A DNA stretch of 64,000 nt from an uncultured Rhodospirillaceae bacterium (GCA_964611435.1 CAZSXT010000003.1:102100-166099), one strand, 5' to 3'; positions 19,889-29,899 are shown, numbered from the stretch's first letter. Translations and numbers: made by a program. The notes: generated by a model from the letters alone, not told the origin.

Positions 19889-21366
19889 GCCAGACTATTT
19901 TCCTCCGGGAAGAGCAGCGATTTGATCACCACGGGCACCGCGCCAGTGGACCTCAATACTTCGCCGATATCGATAAAATCGAACTCTCTCAGCTGTATGC
20001 CATCAATGGAGACAATGGGCGTCGCCAGCTTCTCCTCCTCCCGGCAATGAATGCCTAGCAAGCCGCCGATATCTCCGTCTATGACCAGGATCAAGGGATG
20101 TTCGGCATCAAGTTTCACCTGAACCCCGGCGATCAGCCCCTGACACAGCGCCTGCAACCGGGCGAAACTGGCTGTCCCCGCCCAGGGAAAGGCGATAGCA
20201 ACCGGCTGATCTTCGGTGTTGAGATCAAGCCGGATTAGGGCCTGCTTCACACCGTCCTCGATCACGGCTTTGTCGATCTCTTCACCGGACAGGTCCAGCT
20301 CCGGCGCGATGACCGCAATATTGGTCAGCGGCAAAGTCTCCGGCGGATCCATATAGATCGTGCTGCCCGACACCTGCACCGTGTACTGAGACGCGCCGAC
20401 CACTGTCGCCCGGATGCCCTGCAAAGGTTCGGTAATGGCGATGTTCATGGCCTCAATCTTGGATCGCAACGCCGCACCCAGCTCCCGGCCCAGATCGCCG
20501 AAGCCGGCAGCCTCACGCCCGTAGAAATACTCGGACACCCCGCCGGACACGATGACATCGCCCGGGGCTTCAGCGTAGCTGAGGGGCGGCAGTCTGAGGC
20601 GTGCACCCAAATCCTCACCCCGCATAGCCCGGCAGACTTGATCCGCCATAGCGTTGGCCAACTCGTCCCGCTGATCGTCGGTTATCCCGTCACCCACGTT
20701 TAACGTCAGACCGAGTTCGTCGAGATACGCCCGGCCGGTGGGCTCAATCCGTTCTATCCGCCCGCCGCCGTCTACAACGACCAATCGCGCACCGGCCTCG
20801 ACGGCGGTCATTGTGGCCACTTCGCCGTCCACGCAGAGGGCGATCTTGGTCGTCCCGCCGCCGACATCGATGTTCAACACGGGATGGCCGTTGCGGATGG
20901 AGAGCGCCAGCGCGCCGGACCCGTGCGCCGCCATCAAGGTTTCCAACCCATCCCCGGCGCTGACCGCCACGAACTTGCCAGCCTCGGCCGCGAACAGTTC
21001 CCCGATGGCGCGGGCGTTTTCCCGGCGCACCGCCACGCCGGTGAGGATCAGTGCGCCCGTGTCGATTTCGTCGGGACTGATCCCGGCCTTTTCATATTCT
21101 GCCGCAATGAAGTTCCCCAGCCGGTCGGCGTCGATGGTATTTTCCGCCGTATAGGGGGTGATCAGGATGTCCGACTGATGGCGCACAATCCGCTCCGCCA
21201 CCACATAGCGGCTGTCCAGCCGCTCCAGAACGATGGTCGAGAATAATAAATGCGATGTCGAAGAGCCGATGTCGACGCCGACGCTCGACAATTCGATCAC
21301 GTCCTCTTCGATCAGGCTCCGGCCCGTGTTGGAGAAGAATATGCGCCCGCTATCGCCGGTCATCAA
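19882..21366 (-). CDS. EutA-like ASKHA-fold ATPase (homolog of the ethanolamine ammonia-lyase reactivating factor), orphan context
   Basis: 494 aa. VGVDIGSSTSHLLF (phosphate-1), ...IDTGALILTGVAVRRENARAI..., VLNIDVGGGTTKIAL, and C-terminal ...FIDIGEVL...VPVVIKSLLFP are colinear with EutA as I recall it. No eutB/eutC in the window. Confidence 0.75.
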   Translation of the reverse strand: MMTGDSGRIFFSNTGRSLIEEDVIELSSVGVDIGSSTSHLLFSTIVLERLDSRYVVAERIVRHQSDILITPYTAENTIDADRLGNFIAAEYEKAGISPDEIDTGALILTGVAVRRENARAIGELFAAEAGKFVAVSAGDGLETLMAAHGSGALALSIRNGHPVLNIDVGGGTTKIALCVDGEVATMTAVEAGARLVVVDGGGRIERIEPTGRAYLDELGLTLNVGDGITDDQRDELANAMADQVCRAMRGEDLGARLRLPPLSYAEAPGDVIVSGGVSEYFYGREAAGFGDLGRELGAALRSKIEAMNIAITEPLQGIRATVVGASQYTVQVSGSTIYMDPPETLPLTNIAVIAPELDLSGEEIDKAVIEDGVKQALIRLDLNTEDQPVAIAFPWAGTASFARLQALCQGLIAGVQVKLDAEHPLILVIDGDIGGLLGIHCREEEKLATPIVSIDGIQLREFDFIDIGEVLRSTGAVPVVIKSLLFPEENSLAA

Positions 21367-21378
21367 GTGTCTCTATGT

Positions 21379-22617
21379 TCAGGTTTGAACGTACTTCCGG
21401 TCCGGGTTCGGCGACAGATCATTGGGCGTCAAATAAAGCTCATCGCCCATCTGGGACGCACCGCCGGCAGCCGCCAGCTTTTCCTCGAACTCCCGGCGAA
21501 CGTTCGGGTCTTCCATCCAGTAGGGAATGGAGGTCCCGCCTTCGTGCAGGTCCATGCCCGTATAGTCGATCTGCGTGTCGCCAGGGGCCTTGGCCTCCAG
21601 GCTCGGATGGTTGGGGCCGAACCAGGCGGTCAGGCGGAACGGCTCCTTCGACACATTGAAATGCTGATGATACCAGCGCGCGCCGCCGGGCGCCGCCGTG
21701 ATCATCCCAACAGGCTCGTAATCCAGGCGCTGCACCTGGTCACCGTTGCCGTCCTTCCACGGCGTCGGGCCCAGACGTTCCGGCCAAGTATGGGTATAGC
21801 CCTTGCCTTTGACGCAGATCAGCACCGCCGCCGAGGTATGCGCGTGGGCCTTGGAATACTTGCCCGTATCGTGCTGACCGACCCAGAGATAGAACTTGTT
21901 GTTGGTCATGAATGGTTCGACCCGCCGCCAGCCGGGCGACCGACGGTTATCCAACGGCAGCTCGCAGTTAAAAATATCCGGCACCATATTAGTGCGCCGC
22001 ATGGCGAGCCCGCGGATCGGATCCGGCTCGATATCATCAGAGGGTTTGTAGAAATCCTCGTCGTCGGTAAACCGGTCGGTGAACTGATACGGGCAGTTGA
22101 AAACCATATCCACATTGCCCAAGAGGTTCATCAGGTTTGGCGCTGTCGTGCCCGCCAGCAACAGCGCCGGGCTGGAGGTTGCGTTAACGATCCGGTGGTA
22201 GGCGTTCACCGGGATGGAGAACAGCGAGCCGGTCTGCCACTCGAAAACATGCTTCTTGCCGCCCTCTTCCAGCCACACCTCGGTCGTGCCCCGGCCCTCG
22301 ACCACCAGGAATATTTCTTCATAGATATGCCGTTCCACATTCAGCGCGCCGGCAGCGGGGACTTCGACCACATAGCTGCCCCATTTACCCTCTGTGCCGT
22401 AAAGCTGGATGAAATGGCCGCGCCCACCCATCCGCTTCCAGTCATGCAAGGGCAGATTTTGAACCTTTTCGATGCCGAGCCCCCTGAACGTGGGAATGCC
22501 CTCCGCCTTCATGAACCGGTCATAGGTCAGCTCGGGAAACTTGAATTCGCCATAGCCGGCCCGCTGTTCCCCCGTGGGTTCGTGCCAGTGGACCATTCCG
22601 TCGAGTTCATGAGGCAT
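21379..22617 (-). CDS. bicupin metalloprotein (gentisate-dioxygenase-like superfamily; same family as 49894 and 51009)
   Basis: 412 aa. C-terminal cupin with KAHAH...G.G and WYHQHFN motifs; N-terminal cupin ERHIYEEIFLVVEGRG. Shares IEYEDQDP/IPYWMEDP and GGAS(K/Q)MG blocks with the 49.9-52.1 kb paralogs. RBS GGAGA. Confidence 0.7.
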   Translation of the reverse strand: MPHELDGMVHWHEPTGEQRAGYGEFKFPELTYDRFMKAEGIPTFRGLGIEKVQNLPLHDWKRMGGRGHFIQLYGTEGKWGSYVVEVPAAGALNVERHIYEEIFLVVEGRGTTEVWLEEGGKKHVFEWQTGSLFSIPVNAYHRIVNATSSPALLLAGTTAPNLMNLLGNVDMVFNCPYQFTDRFTDDEDFYKPSDDIEPDPIRGLAMRRTNMVPDIFNCELPLDNRRSPGWRRVEPFMTNNKFYLWVGQHDTGKYSKAHAHTSAAVLICVKGKGYTHTWPERLGPTPWKDGNGDQVQRLDYEPVGMITAAPGGARWYHQHFNVSKEPFRLTAWFGPNHPSLEAKAPGDTQIDYTGMDLHEGGTSIPYWMEDPNVRREFEEKLAAAGGASQMGDELYLTPNDLSPNPDRKYVQT

Positions 22618-22638
22618 CCTACTCTCCTGTAATCACAT

Positions 22639-23160
22639 CTATTGGCCGCCGAACAGCAGGCCCGGAAACACTTCATATTGCATCAATTGGCTAAACACGA
22701 TCCAGGTAAAGGCCGTGGCGGCCACCGCCGACCAGGCGCCAACCTTGACGCTTTTCCTTCCTTGGAAGACGACAAACGTTAAGACGTAAATCGGGATCGA
22801 GATCAGGAACCCGACAAAATAGACAAGGACCACAAACGCCACCGGCCAGACCATCGCCACCAGGACTTTGCGCATGGGTTGGGCGGCGACCGCTTCGCCG
22901 CTGGCTTCGCCCACGATGGTGCCGGTGAAGAACGTCTTGATCCCATTGCCGAGCGCCGTCCCCGTCGCGGCAACCAAATCGAGCACGCATAAGACGATCA
23001 GGCTCCAGCCCACCAGGACCGGCACTTGCTGTGCTTTTTGATCGTAAGTGTAGGACCACGTCAGAAAGATCACGGCAAAAGCCGACACGATAAGCGGTGG
23101 CAACAAGTTCAAGATCATCTTGTCCGAATGAGGAGAATTCATGCCCGCTGAGTCAGCCAT
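22639..23160 (-). CDS. tctB: tripartite tricarboxylate transporter small membrane subunit (TctB family)
   Basis: 173 aa, 4 TM segments, located directly after tctA. Confidence 0.75.
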   Translation of the reverse strand: MADSAGMNSPHSDKMILNLLPPLIVSAFAVIFLTWSYTYDQKAQQVPVLVGWSLIVLCVLDLVAATGTALGNGIKTFFTGTIVGEASGEAVAAQPMRKVLVAMVWPVAFVVLVYFVGFLISIPIYVLTFVVFQGRKSVKVGAWSAVAATAFTWIVFSQLMQYEVFPGLLFGGQ

Positions 23161-23163
23161 GGC

Positions 23164-24660
23164 CTACGCCTCCCGTTTCCGGTTTCGCAGCCAGCCCCGT
23201 ATCGAAGGCGACAGAATAATTAACACTGTCGCAATCAACAGAACCGCGGAAATGGGCCGTCCGTAGAAAATGGAATAGCTCCCATCGCCGATCATCATGG
23301 ATTGGTGATAGCTCCGTTCCGCCAGTTCGCCCAAAACCAAGGCAATCACCGCCGTGATGCGGGGATAATCATAGCGGATCATCAAAAACCCAATGATGCC
23401 GAAGATCATGGCGACAGCGACATCGCCCATGCTGTTGTGGAGGGCATAGACCCCGACCAGAGCCACGGCGACCACCGTCGGCGCCAGGATGTGAACATCG
23501 ACCAGGGTGATGAGAGACAGCCAGCGTGCCAAGATCAAGCCGATGATGGAGGCCAGAATCGCCGCCGAGGCGACGGCAACGATCAGGCTGAACACCACGC
23601 CTTCGTGTTCCACCAGCATCATCGGACCGGGCTCCAACCCGTGCAGGATCAGAACGCCCAGGAAAATCGCCATCTCCGCGCTGCCGGGGATGCCGAAAGC
23701 CAGGGTCGGGATCAAAGCGCCGCCGTCCTTGGCATTATTGGCGGATTCCGGCGCGATCACGCCTTGGATGTTGCCGGTGCCGAAACTTTCCGGATTCTTG
23801 GAAGCCTGCACCGTGGACGCATAAGACAGAAACGAGGCCACCGTACCGCCCACGCCCGGAATGGCGCCAATAAACGCGCCGATGGCGGAACCTCGCAGCA
23901 AGATGGGCACATTCCTGAAAACCGAGACAATACCATCGCTGACCCGGGAAATTTTCATGCTTGCGCCGTCGCCCGACACGACCCGACCGCCCTTGAGCGT
24001 CAGGTTGATCATCTCGGCGATGGCGAAGACGCCGGTCAGCGTGGGCACCAGCCGCACCCCGTCCAGCAGATACTCAACGTCTCCCGTAAACCGGTCGCCG
24101 CCATTGACCGCGTCCAGACCCACAAAGGCCAATGCTAAACCGACACCGCCGGCGATCAGCCCCCGCAGGAACTTGCCCCCGGTGGAGAGCGCAATCGCGC
24201 CGAGACCCAGGATGGCGAGGGCGAAGAACTCCGGTGGGCCAAACAGTAGAACTATTTCCTTGGCGATGGGGATCACGGCCATCAGGATCGCCACGCCCAA
24301 AATACCGCCGAGGGACGACGCCGTCGCCGCCGCGCCGATGGCCATGCCCGCTTTGCCCTGTTGGGCCAAGGGGAAACCGTCAAAACAGGTCGCCGCGTTG
24401 GGCGCAATGCCCGGGGTATTTAACAAAATTGCCGAGATCGACCCGCCGAACGCGACCGAACCCATCACCCCGCCGATAAGGGTGATCGCCTCCGCCGGCT
24501 GCATGCCAAATGTAAGCGGGATCAACAGCGCGATCGCCGTTGTGCCGCCCAATCCAGGTATCGCACCGAACACGAGGCCGATGCCCACACCCAGACATAG
24601 GTAGAGCGAGCCTTTCAGGGTGAACAGAAGTGCCAGGGCTTCTGTGGCGGATTCAAACAT
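23164..24660 (-). CDS. tctA: tripartite tricarboxylate transporter large permease (TctA family)
   Basis: 498 aa polytopic protein. ...GAIPGLGGTTAIALLIPLTF... and ...GAIPGVGGTVASFLSY... are duplicated TctA signatures. Confidence 0.9.
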   Translation of the reverse strand: MFESATEALALLFTLKGSLYLCLGVGIGLVFGAIPGLGGTTAIALLIPLTFGMQPAEAITLIGGVMGSVAFGGSISAILLNTPGIAPNAATCFDGFPLAQQGKAGMAIGAAATASSLGGILGVAILMAVIPIAKEIVLLFGPPEFFALAILGLGAIALSTGGKFLRGLIAGGVGLALAFVGLDAVNGGDRFTGDVEYLLDGVRLVPTLTGVFAIAEMINLTLKGGRVVSGDGASMKISRVSDGIVSVFRNVPILLRGSAIGAFIGAIPGVGGTVASFLSYASTVQASKNPESFGTGNIQGVIAPESANNAKDGGALIPTLAFGIPGSAEMAIFLGVLILHGLEPGPMMLVEHEGVVFSLIVAVASAAILASIIGLILARWLSLITLVDVHILAPTVVAVALVGVYALHNSMGDVAVAMIFGIIGFLMIRYDYPRITAVIALVLGELAERSYHQSMMIGDGSYSIFYGRPISAVLLIATVLIILSPSIRGWLRNRKREA

Positions 24661-24691
24661 GGGATGGGCTGATACGGTTGGTCATTATATT

Positions 24692-24720
24692 AAAAATCCG
24701 GCGGGAGACTCCCCGCCGGA
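24692..24720 (-). terminator. intercistronic intrinsic terminator/attenuator between tctC and tctA
   Basis: On the minus strand: TCCGGCGGG-6 nt-CCCGCCGGA followed by TTTTTAA. An A-run on the other side makes it formally bidirectional. Confidence 0.6.
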
Positions 24721-24743
24721 TTATTTCAGTACAATCAAACGGC

Positions 24744-25709
24744 CTAATTGGATTTTGCCAAGGCCGCCGGATACTTCTTGAAGATCGCCAGCGCCTTATC
24801 GACCGCGGCTTGTGTATCAGCACCGCTGAGGTGACCGAATGGCCGGCGAGTCTTCTTCGCCCAAGCTTGGGAATCCGTATCCGCAATCGCCTTGCCGACG
24901 GCATCGGACAGAATCTTGGCAATATTGGCCGGTGTGCCCGGCGCAGCCGCCACCATCCGCTCGACGCCCAGGCCGGTCAGTTCGGGATAGCCAGCTTCGG
25001 CGATTGTCGGCACACCCTTGAAGCTGGACTTCTCTTCGAAGGTGACCACGCCATGGATGTCGCCGGATTTCACGAACTTATTAAAGGTCTGTGTCGGCGC
25101 AATGCCGGCATCGCCGTCACCGCGAACCACGCCGACGATATATTGTTTCGATCCTTTGTAGCCGGTCACAAACTGCACTGGGAAACCGACCACCGTTTTA
25201 AAGATGCTCGCGCCGGTGTAGGCGGTCGAGCCAAACCCGGTGGACAGCACTTTGACGCTCCGCCCCAAGTTCTTGAGATCGGCCACGGTCTTGATGCTGC
25301 TTTTGCCGCTAACGCCGAACAGGTAGGGGCTGGTCGACATGCGCCCGACCCAAACGAATTTGGTCACGTCGAAATTGACCTTCTGGCCGGTGAGCTGCGG
25401 GATGATCGCGCCCGGCATGTTGATCACCGAAATCGTGTAGCCATCGCCGCCCGCCTTGGCGAGAAGACCATAACCTTTGCGGCCGCCGGCGCCCGGCACG
25501 TTCTTCGGCACCACATTGACCTTATTGGGCAGGTATTTGCCCATGTTCTTGGCCACCTGACGGGACGTGCTATCCATGCCGCCGCCGGGGCTGAAGGGAA
25601 TCAGAAAAGTGATGTCTTTTTCCGGAAACGCGGCTTGGGCGTTTCCAACAAATCCGGCCGCCACAAACGCAGCCGCGGTGCTTAGAATGATCTTCGATTT
25701 CATTGCCAT
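24744..25709 (-). CDS. tctC: TTT family (Bug/TctC) periplasmic solute-binding protein
   Basis: Signal peptide MAMKSKIILSTAAAFVAAGFVGNAQA, then ...FLIPFSPGGGMDSTSRQVAK...NVPGAGG... The start is set at ATG 25709 (or 25703), after GGAGGAAA. The longer track ORF overlaps the aldolase gene. Confidence 0.85.
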   Translation of the reverse strand: MAMKSKIILSTAAAFVAAGFVGNAQAAFPEKDITFLIPFSPGGGMDSTSRQVAKNMGKYLPNKVNVVPKNVPGAGGRKGYGLLAKAGGDGYTISVINMPGAIIPQLTGQKVNFDVTKFVWVGRMSTSPYLFGVSGKSSIKTVADLKNLGRSVKVLSTGFGSTAYTGASIFKTVVGFPVQFVTGYKGSKQYIVGVVRGDGDAGIAPTQTFNKFVKSGDIHGVVTFEEKSSFKGVPTIAEAGYPELTGLGVERMVAAAPGTPANIAKILSDAVGKAIADTDSQAWAKKTRRPFGHLSGADTQAAVDKALAIFKKYPAALAKSN

Positions 25710-25767
25710 TTTCCTCCGTGTTTGGCGCTGGACGAACCTCTCGTCCGCCGATTGTTCACTATAATTA

Positions 25768-25796
25768 TTAGCTAAGAATTCTAAGTAAATTTGCGG
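25768..25796. promoter_or_regulatory. operator-like site TTAGCTAAGAATTCTAAGTAAATTTGCGG (TTAGA-N2-TCTAA family)
   Basis: Seen in sequence about 60 bp upstream of tctC (minus). Core TAAGAATTCTAA. The flank TCTAAGTAAATTTG closely matches the sites at 46265 and 49841. Confidence 0.45.
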
Positions 25797-25812
25797 GCCC
25801 TCGCAATCCGAA

Positions 25813-26520
25813 TTAACGTCCGGCGCGGCGGCTGAAATATTCCCACGACCGGGTAAAGCCCGACAGGGATTCATTGCCCGCCAGGCGGCAATCGATCTCG
25901 CCGGGCGATAGGTATTCCACCTCGCCTAGACGCATGGCGTCCATCTGAAGTTTGGCGTTCACTTGCATGTAAATGGCGGTCATCACTGCATCTTCGAGGC
26001 TGGTGCCAACCACGGTCGCGCCATGCCCCCGCATCAGAATCGTCCGATTGGAGCCCAAGGCTTCGGCCAGATCATCCCCTTGCTCCACATTGACCACCAG
26101 AAGGTTGGTGTCGCCGAACTTGTCCTTGATGTCCCAGACCGGCACCTCGTGGCCGATCCGTCCTGACGTATGCGCGATCGCTTTCAAGGGCGTCTTGGTT
26201 ACGCTGAAGGGCACCACGGCGTAGGAATGGTGATGCACCACCGACATAACATCGGGCCGCGCCTTGAACATGGACGCATGGATCGGCGTCTCCAGGTATA
26301 GGTTAAACCCCTTGTTATCGATGCAATTGCTGTCCAGATCGAACTCGACGATATCTTCGGGCTCCACCAACTCCGGGCTGCGGGAGCGGGAGATGAGGAA
26401 TCGGTCCGGATTTTCCGGGTGGCGGATACTCACATGGCCGTAGCCGTCCACCACATCTTCGTGCGCCAGGATGCGGTTGGCAGTGACAAGGTTTTCGATT
26501 GCGTCTTTTAGGCTGGACAT
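25813..26520 (-). CDS. class II aldolase/adducin family protein
   Basis: 235 aa. ...DGYGHVSIRHPENPDRFLISRS..., ...VVHHHSY..., ...ILMRGHGATVVG... are family-typical motifs. Confidence 0.85.
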   Translation of the reverse strand: MSSLKDAIENLVTANRILAHEDVVDGYGHVSIRHPENPDRFLISRSRSPELVEPEDIVEFDLDSNCIDNKGFNLYLETPIHASMFKARPDVMSVVHHHSYAVVPFSVTKTPLKAIAHTSGRIGHEVPVWDIKDKFGDTNLLVVNVEQGDDLAEALGSNRTILMRGHGATVVGTSLEDAVMTAIYMQVNAKLQMDAMRLGEVEYLSPGEIDCRLAGNESLSGFTRSWEYFSRRAGR

Positions 26521-26625
26521 CTGCCCCCCCCCATGGTGATTTTACAAGCTGTGCCGTTCGGCGTGATTGGGCCCAATGGTACTGCAGAATTTCAGGTTCG
26601 GAAATAACGCACGCGAAGCAAGCTT

Positions 26626-28260
26626 ATGAGTTATGACACGAATATTCTGATCGTCGGCGCGGGTCCCGTCGGCCTGACCCTGGCTTATGATCTGGGCCGG
26701 CGCGGCATCGAATGCACGCTGATCGAACAAAAGGACGAACCGGCCTTCCTGCCGAAGATGGAGCGTTGTAACGCGCGCACCATGGAAATCTACCGGCGCA
26801 TGGGCCTGATGGAAAAAATCCGGGCCGCCGGCCTGCCGTCCGACGTGCCCATGGACGTGTTCATCGTGCTGACCCTTGATCGCCCGCCCCTGGTGCACTT
26901 CCCCCACCCCTCCGTGGATCAGGCTTATGCGGAAGTGGCCGCGTGTGAAGACGGCACCCTGGCCTTGGAGCCCTATCAGTTGATCTCCCAGTACACGCTG
27001 GAACCCTTATTGAAGGCCGAGTGCGAAAAGCTGCCCAGCGTCACCGTGCGTTTCGGCTGCGGCTTTGACGAACTGAAACAAGACGCCGACGGCGTTACCG
27101 CCACGGTCAAAACCACCGCCGGCGAGACGGAGCAGATCACCGCGCGTTACATGGTCGGCTGTGACGGCGGGTCCAGCAACGTGCGCAAGCAATTGGGCAT
27201 CAACCTGCGGGGCGTCGGTAATTTCCTGCAACTCTATCAGGCCTTGTTCCACTGCCCTGATCTCTACAAGAACATTCCCATGGGCAACGGGCCGGGCAAG
27301 GGCCGCCACTATCACGTCGCGGACGAACAGGCGACGTTCCTGATCATGCAGGACAGCACCGAACACTACACCCTGCATTCGATCATTGATGCACCGGAAC
27401 AGATGCCGGCTATGTTCGAGCGCACCATCGCCATGGATTTGGACTACGAGATGCTGTCCTGCAATCCGTGGCGGCAGAACCTGTTGCTGGCGGATTATTA
27501 CGGCTCGGGCCGGGTGTTCCTGGCCGGCGACGCGGTGCATTTGGTGCCGCCTACCGGCGGGCTGGGCATGAACACGGGCGTCGGCGACGCAAACGACCTC
27601 GCCTGGAAGCTAGCGGCGGTGATCGAGGGCTGGGCCGGACCGAATATCCTGAAATCCTATGAAGTGGAACGCCGCCAGATCGGCGACCGCAATGTGGGCG
27701 CCGCCCGCTACGCCTCCCTGGGCCGCCGCGCCTGGCGCTCCCAGTCTGGCCCCGACATTTTCGACGACACGCCCGAAGGCGAGGCGCGGCGCAGTCACCT
27801 GGCCGCCGTCGCCGATGTGGAGCAACGAAAAACCAACGAAATGATCGGCGCGGAGCTCGGCTATCGCTATTCCGACTCCCCCATCATCTGGAATGAGCCC
27901 GGAGGCCCGGAGCATCTGTACCGGGACTATGTCCCCAACTCCTGGCCCGGCGCCCGGCTGCCACATATGTGGCTGGACGATCGGTCAGCCGTGCAGGACC
28001 ACATCCCCGATGGCTATGTGCTGGTGCGCATGAACGGCAAGACCGACTGCGGCAACGAACTGACCAAGGCCTTCGGCAAGCGGAATGCGCCGTTCTCGAT
28101 TGTTGATTTGCAGGGCGACAATGCGCGGCAGCTCTATGGCCATGACTATCTGCTACTGCGTCCCGACATGCACATTGTCTGGCGGGGCAACCGGCCGCAC
28201 GAAGATCCGGACCACTTGATCGACGTGGTGACCGGCCATCGGCTGATCTCCGACGATTAA
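26626..28260 (+). CDS. FAD-dependent aromatic-ring monooxygenase (PheA/TfdB-type)
   Basis: 544 aa. ILIVGAGPVGLTLA (GxGxxG), GCDGGSSNVR, FLAGDAVHLVPPTGGLGMNTGVGDANDLAWKL, plus a C-terminal thioredoxin-like dimerisation domain. Confidence 0.85.
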   Translation: MSYDTNILIVGAGPVGLTLAYDLGRRGIECTLIEQKDEPAFLPKMERCNARTMEIYRRMGLMEKIRAAGLPSDVPMDVFIVLTLDRPPLVHFPHPSVDQAYAEVAACEDGTLALEPYQLISQYTLEPLLKAECEKLPSVTVRFGCGFDELKQDADGVTATVKTTAGETEQITARYMVGCDGGSSNVRKQLGINLRGVGNFLQLYQALFHCPDLYKNIPMGNGPGKGRHYHVADEQATFLIMQDSTEHYTLHSIIDAPEQMPAMFERTIAMDLDYEMLSCNPWRQNLLLADYYGSGRVFLAGDAVHLVPPTGGLGMNTGVGDANDLAWKLAAVIEGWAGPNILKSYEVERRQIGDRNVGAARYASLGRRAWRSQSGPDIFDDTPEGEARRSHLAAVADVEQRKTNEMIGAELGYRYSDSPIIWNEPGGPEHLYRDYVPNSWPGARLPHMWLDDRSAVQDHIPDGYVLVRMNGKTDCGNELTKAFGKRNAPFSIVDLQGDNARQLYGHDYLLLRPDMHIVWRGNRPHEDPDHLIDVVTGHRLISDD

Positions 28261-28264
28261 AGTC

Positions 28265-29044
28265 TTAGTGGGTGGATTCACCGCCGTCGATGTTGAGCGT
28301 TTGGCCGGTGATGAAGTCGCTGTCTTCGGACGCCAGGAACATCACCGCCCCCACCAGGTCGTCCGGCATCTGGCCGCGTTTAAACGACCGCTTCTGATAC
28401 ATTTTGGTGCGCGCCTCGATATATTCCGGCGTGCTGCCCGCCATCTGGGTTTCGCTTTCGGTAAAGCCCGGCGTCACGGCATTCACATTGATATTGTCGT
28501 CGCCGACCTCTCGGGACAGCGCCCGTGTCAGGCCGATCACGCCGGCCTTTGACGTGGTGTAATGCAGCCGGTTGGGGATGCCGCTCCACACCCGGCTGGA
28601 CGAAATATTGATGATCTTGCCCCTTTGCTGTTCCCGCATCTGCGGATAGACCGCCCGGCAGCAGAGGAACATGCCCCGCAGGTTTACCGCCATCACCCGG
28701 TCCCATTCCTCGACCTCGATCTGGTGCCAAGGCTGGCGGGGCAGCGCGCTCATCAGGGATGCATTGTTCACCAGCACATCGATACTGCCGAATTTCTCTA
28801 TGGCCGCGCGAGCCATAGCCAGCGTGTCGTCCTCGACAGAGATATCCGTGCGGATGGCTAGGGCCGAGCCGCCGCCGTCATTGATCTCCTTGGCGACTTG
28901 GTCCCCTTCCTCTCCGGCGATATCGGCGATCACCACATTGGCCCCAGCTGCAGAAAAGGCCTGGCTGTAAATCTTGCCGATACCCGTACCGCCGCCGGTG
29001 ATGATCACCGTCTTGCCGGTGAAATCCAATCCTTGCTCCGTCAT
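28265..29044 (-). CDS. SDR family oxidoreductase
   Basis: 259 aa. TGGGTGIG cofactor motif, NNAS, and catalytic YTTSK. The start overlaps the upstream stop (ATGA). Confidence 0.9.
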   Translation of the reverse strand: MTEQGLDFTGKTVIITGGGTGIGKIYSQAFSAAGANVVIADIAGEEGDQVAKEINDGGGSALAIRTDISVEDDTLAMARAAIEKFGSIDVLVNNASLMSALPRQPWHQIEVEEWDRVMAVNLRGMFLCCRAVYPQMREQQRGKIINISSSRVWSGIPNRLHYTTSKAGVIGLTRALSREVGDDNINVNAVTPGFTESETQMAGSTPEYIEARTKMYQKRSFKRGQMPDDLVGAVMFLASEDSDFITGQTLNIDGGESTH

Positions 29045-29886
29045 GCTTGTGCCTCATACGCTTGCGGACGCTCTCCGGCCACGGTGGCCCGGCGAAGCGT
29101 CCTGGTTTCCGCCGGATCGAAATCGGTGCGCGCATGCATGGTCGCCAGATTATCCCACAAGACCAGATCACCCGGCCGCCACACGTGCTCGTAAATAAAA
29201 TCGCCGTTCTCTGCGCGCTCGAACAGCTCAAGCAACAACTCATCGCTCTCTGCCCGATCAAGCCCGACAATGTGATCGGTCATCAGCCGGTTGGCGTAGA
29301 GACAGGGTGCGCCCGTTTCGGGATGCCGTATGACAATGGGATGATCGAACTGCGGCGCATCCGCCGAATGGCCATCCGCCCGAAGGGTTGGGCTGCCGTC
29401 ATAGTCATAGACATTGTGCCCCTTCAGGCCGGCCAGCCGGGCTTTCATTGCCTCCGGCAAAGCCGCGTAGGCTTTGATCGTATCCAGAAACAGCGTGTTC
29501 CCTCCGTTGGACGGAATGGCGATGGCGAACAGCATAGTCATGCGGGAAGGGATTTCGTAGTAACACTGATCGGTGTGGAACATCATCTCTCCGTCCGGCA
29601 GGATGCCGGGCTTGCCGTCCACCGGCCGGTTGGAGACATGCATCACTTCCTGGCTTTCCCCGACCAAATGGGTGGCGGATCGCACCACCTGAATATCGCC
29701 GAAGCGCCGCGCGAAGGCCGTCTGTGTCGGATGATCAATGTCTTGATCCCGGAACAGCAGGACCCGGTGGGCCAGCCAGGCTTGGCGAATTTCCGCAAAC
29801 AAGTTGTCAGAAATATCGCCCGCCAGATCGACGCCCAACACCTCGACGCCAATCGCATCGGACAAAGGCCGGGTCTGCAATGTCAT
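29041..29886 (-). CDS. TauD/TfdA family Fe(II)/2-oxoglutarate-dependent dioxygenase
   Basis: 281 aa. ...LFRDQDIDHPTQ..., HTD facial-triad motif (MFHTDQCY), ...LWDNLATMHARTDF... at the C-terminus. Confidence 0.85.
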   Translation of the reverse strand: MTLQTRPLSDAIGVEVLGVDLAGDISDNLFAEIRQAWLAHRVLLFRDQDIDHPTQTAFARRFGDIQVVRSATHLVGESQEVMHVSNRPVDGKPGILPDGEMMFHTDQCYYEIPSRMTMLFAIAIPSNGGNTLFLDTIKAYAALPEAMKARLAGLKGHNVYDYDGSPTLRADGHSADAPQFDHPIVIRHPETGAPCLYANRLMTDHIVGLDRAESDELLLELFERAENGDFIYEHVWRPGDLVLWDNLATMHARTDFDPAETRTLRRATVAGERPQAYEAQA

Positions 29887-29899
29887 GGGATTAAGAGCT

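Noticed and set aside
21250-22632. 460-aa ORF on the plus strand
   Set aside because: It is antisense to the bicupin gene, which has canonical cupin motifs and an RBS.
24630-25685. 351-aa plus-strand ORF
   Set aside because: It is antisense to tctC, which has a signal peptide and Bug-family motifs.
25710-25874. Upstream extension of tctC, and likewise the extension of the thioredoxin-like ORF to 59005
   Set aside because: The extensions precede the signal peptides, overlap neighbouring genes or promoter regions, and lack an RBS.
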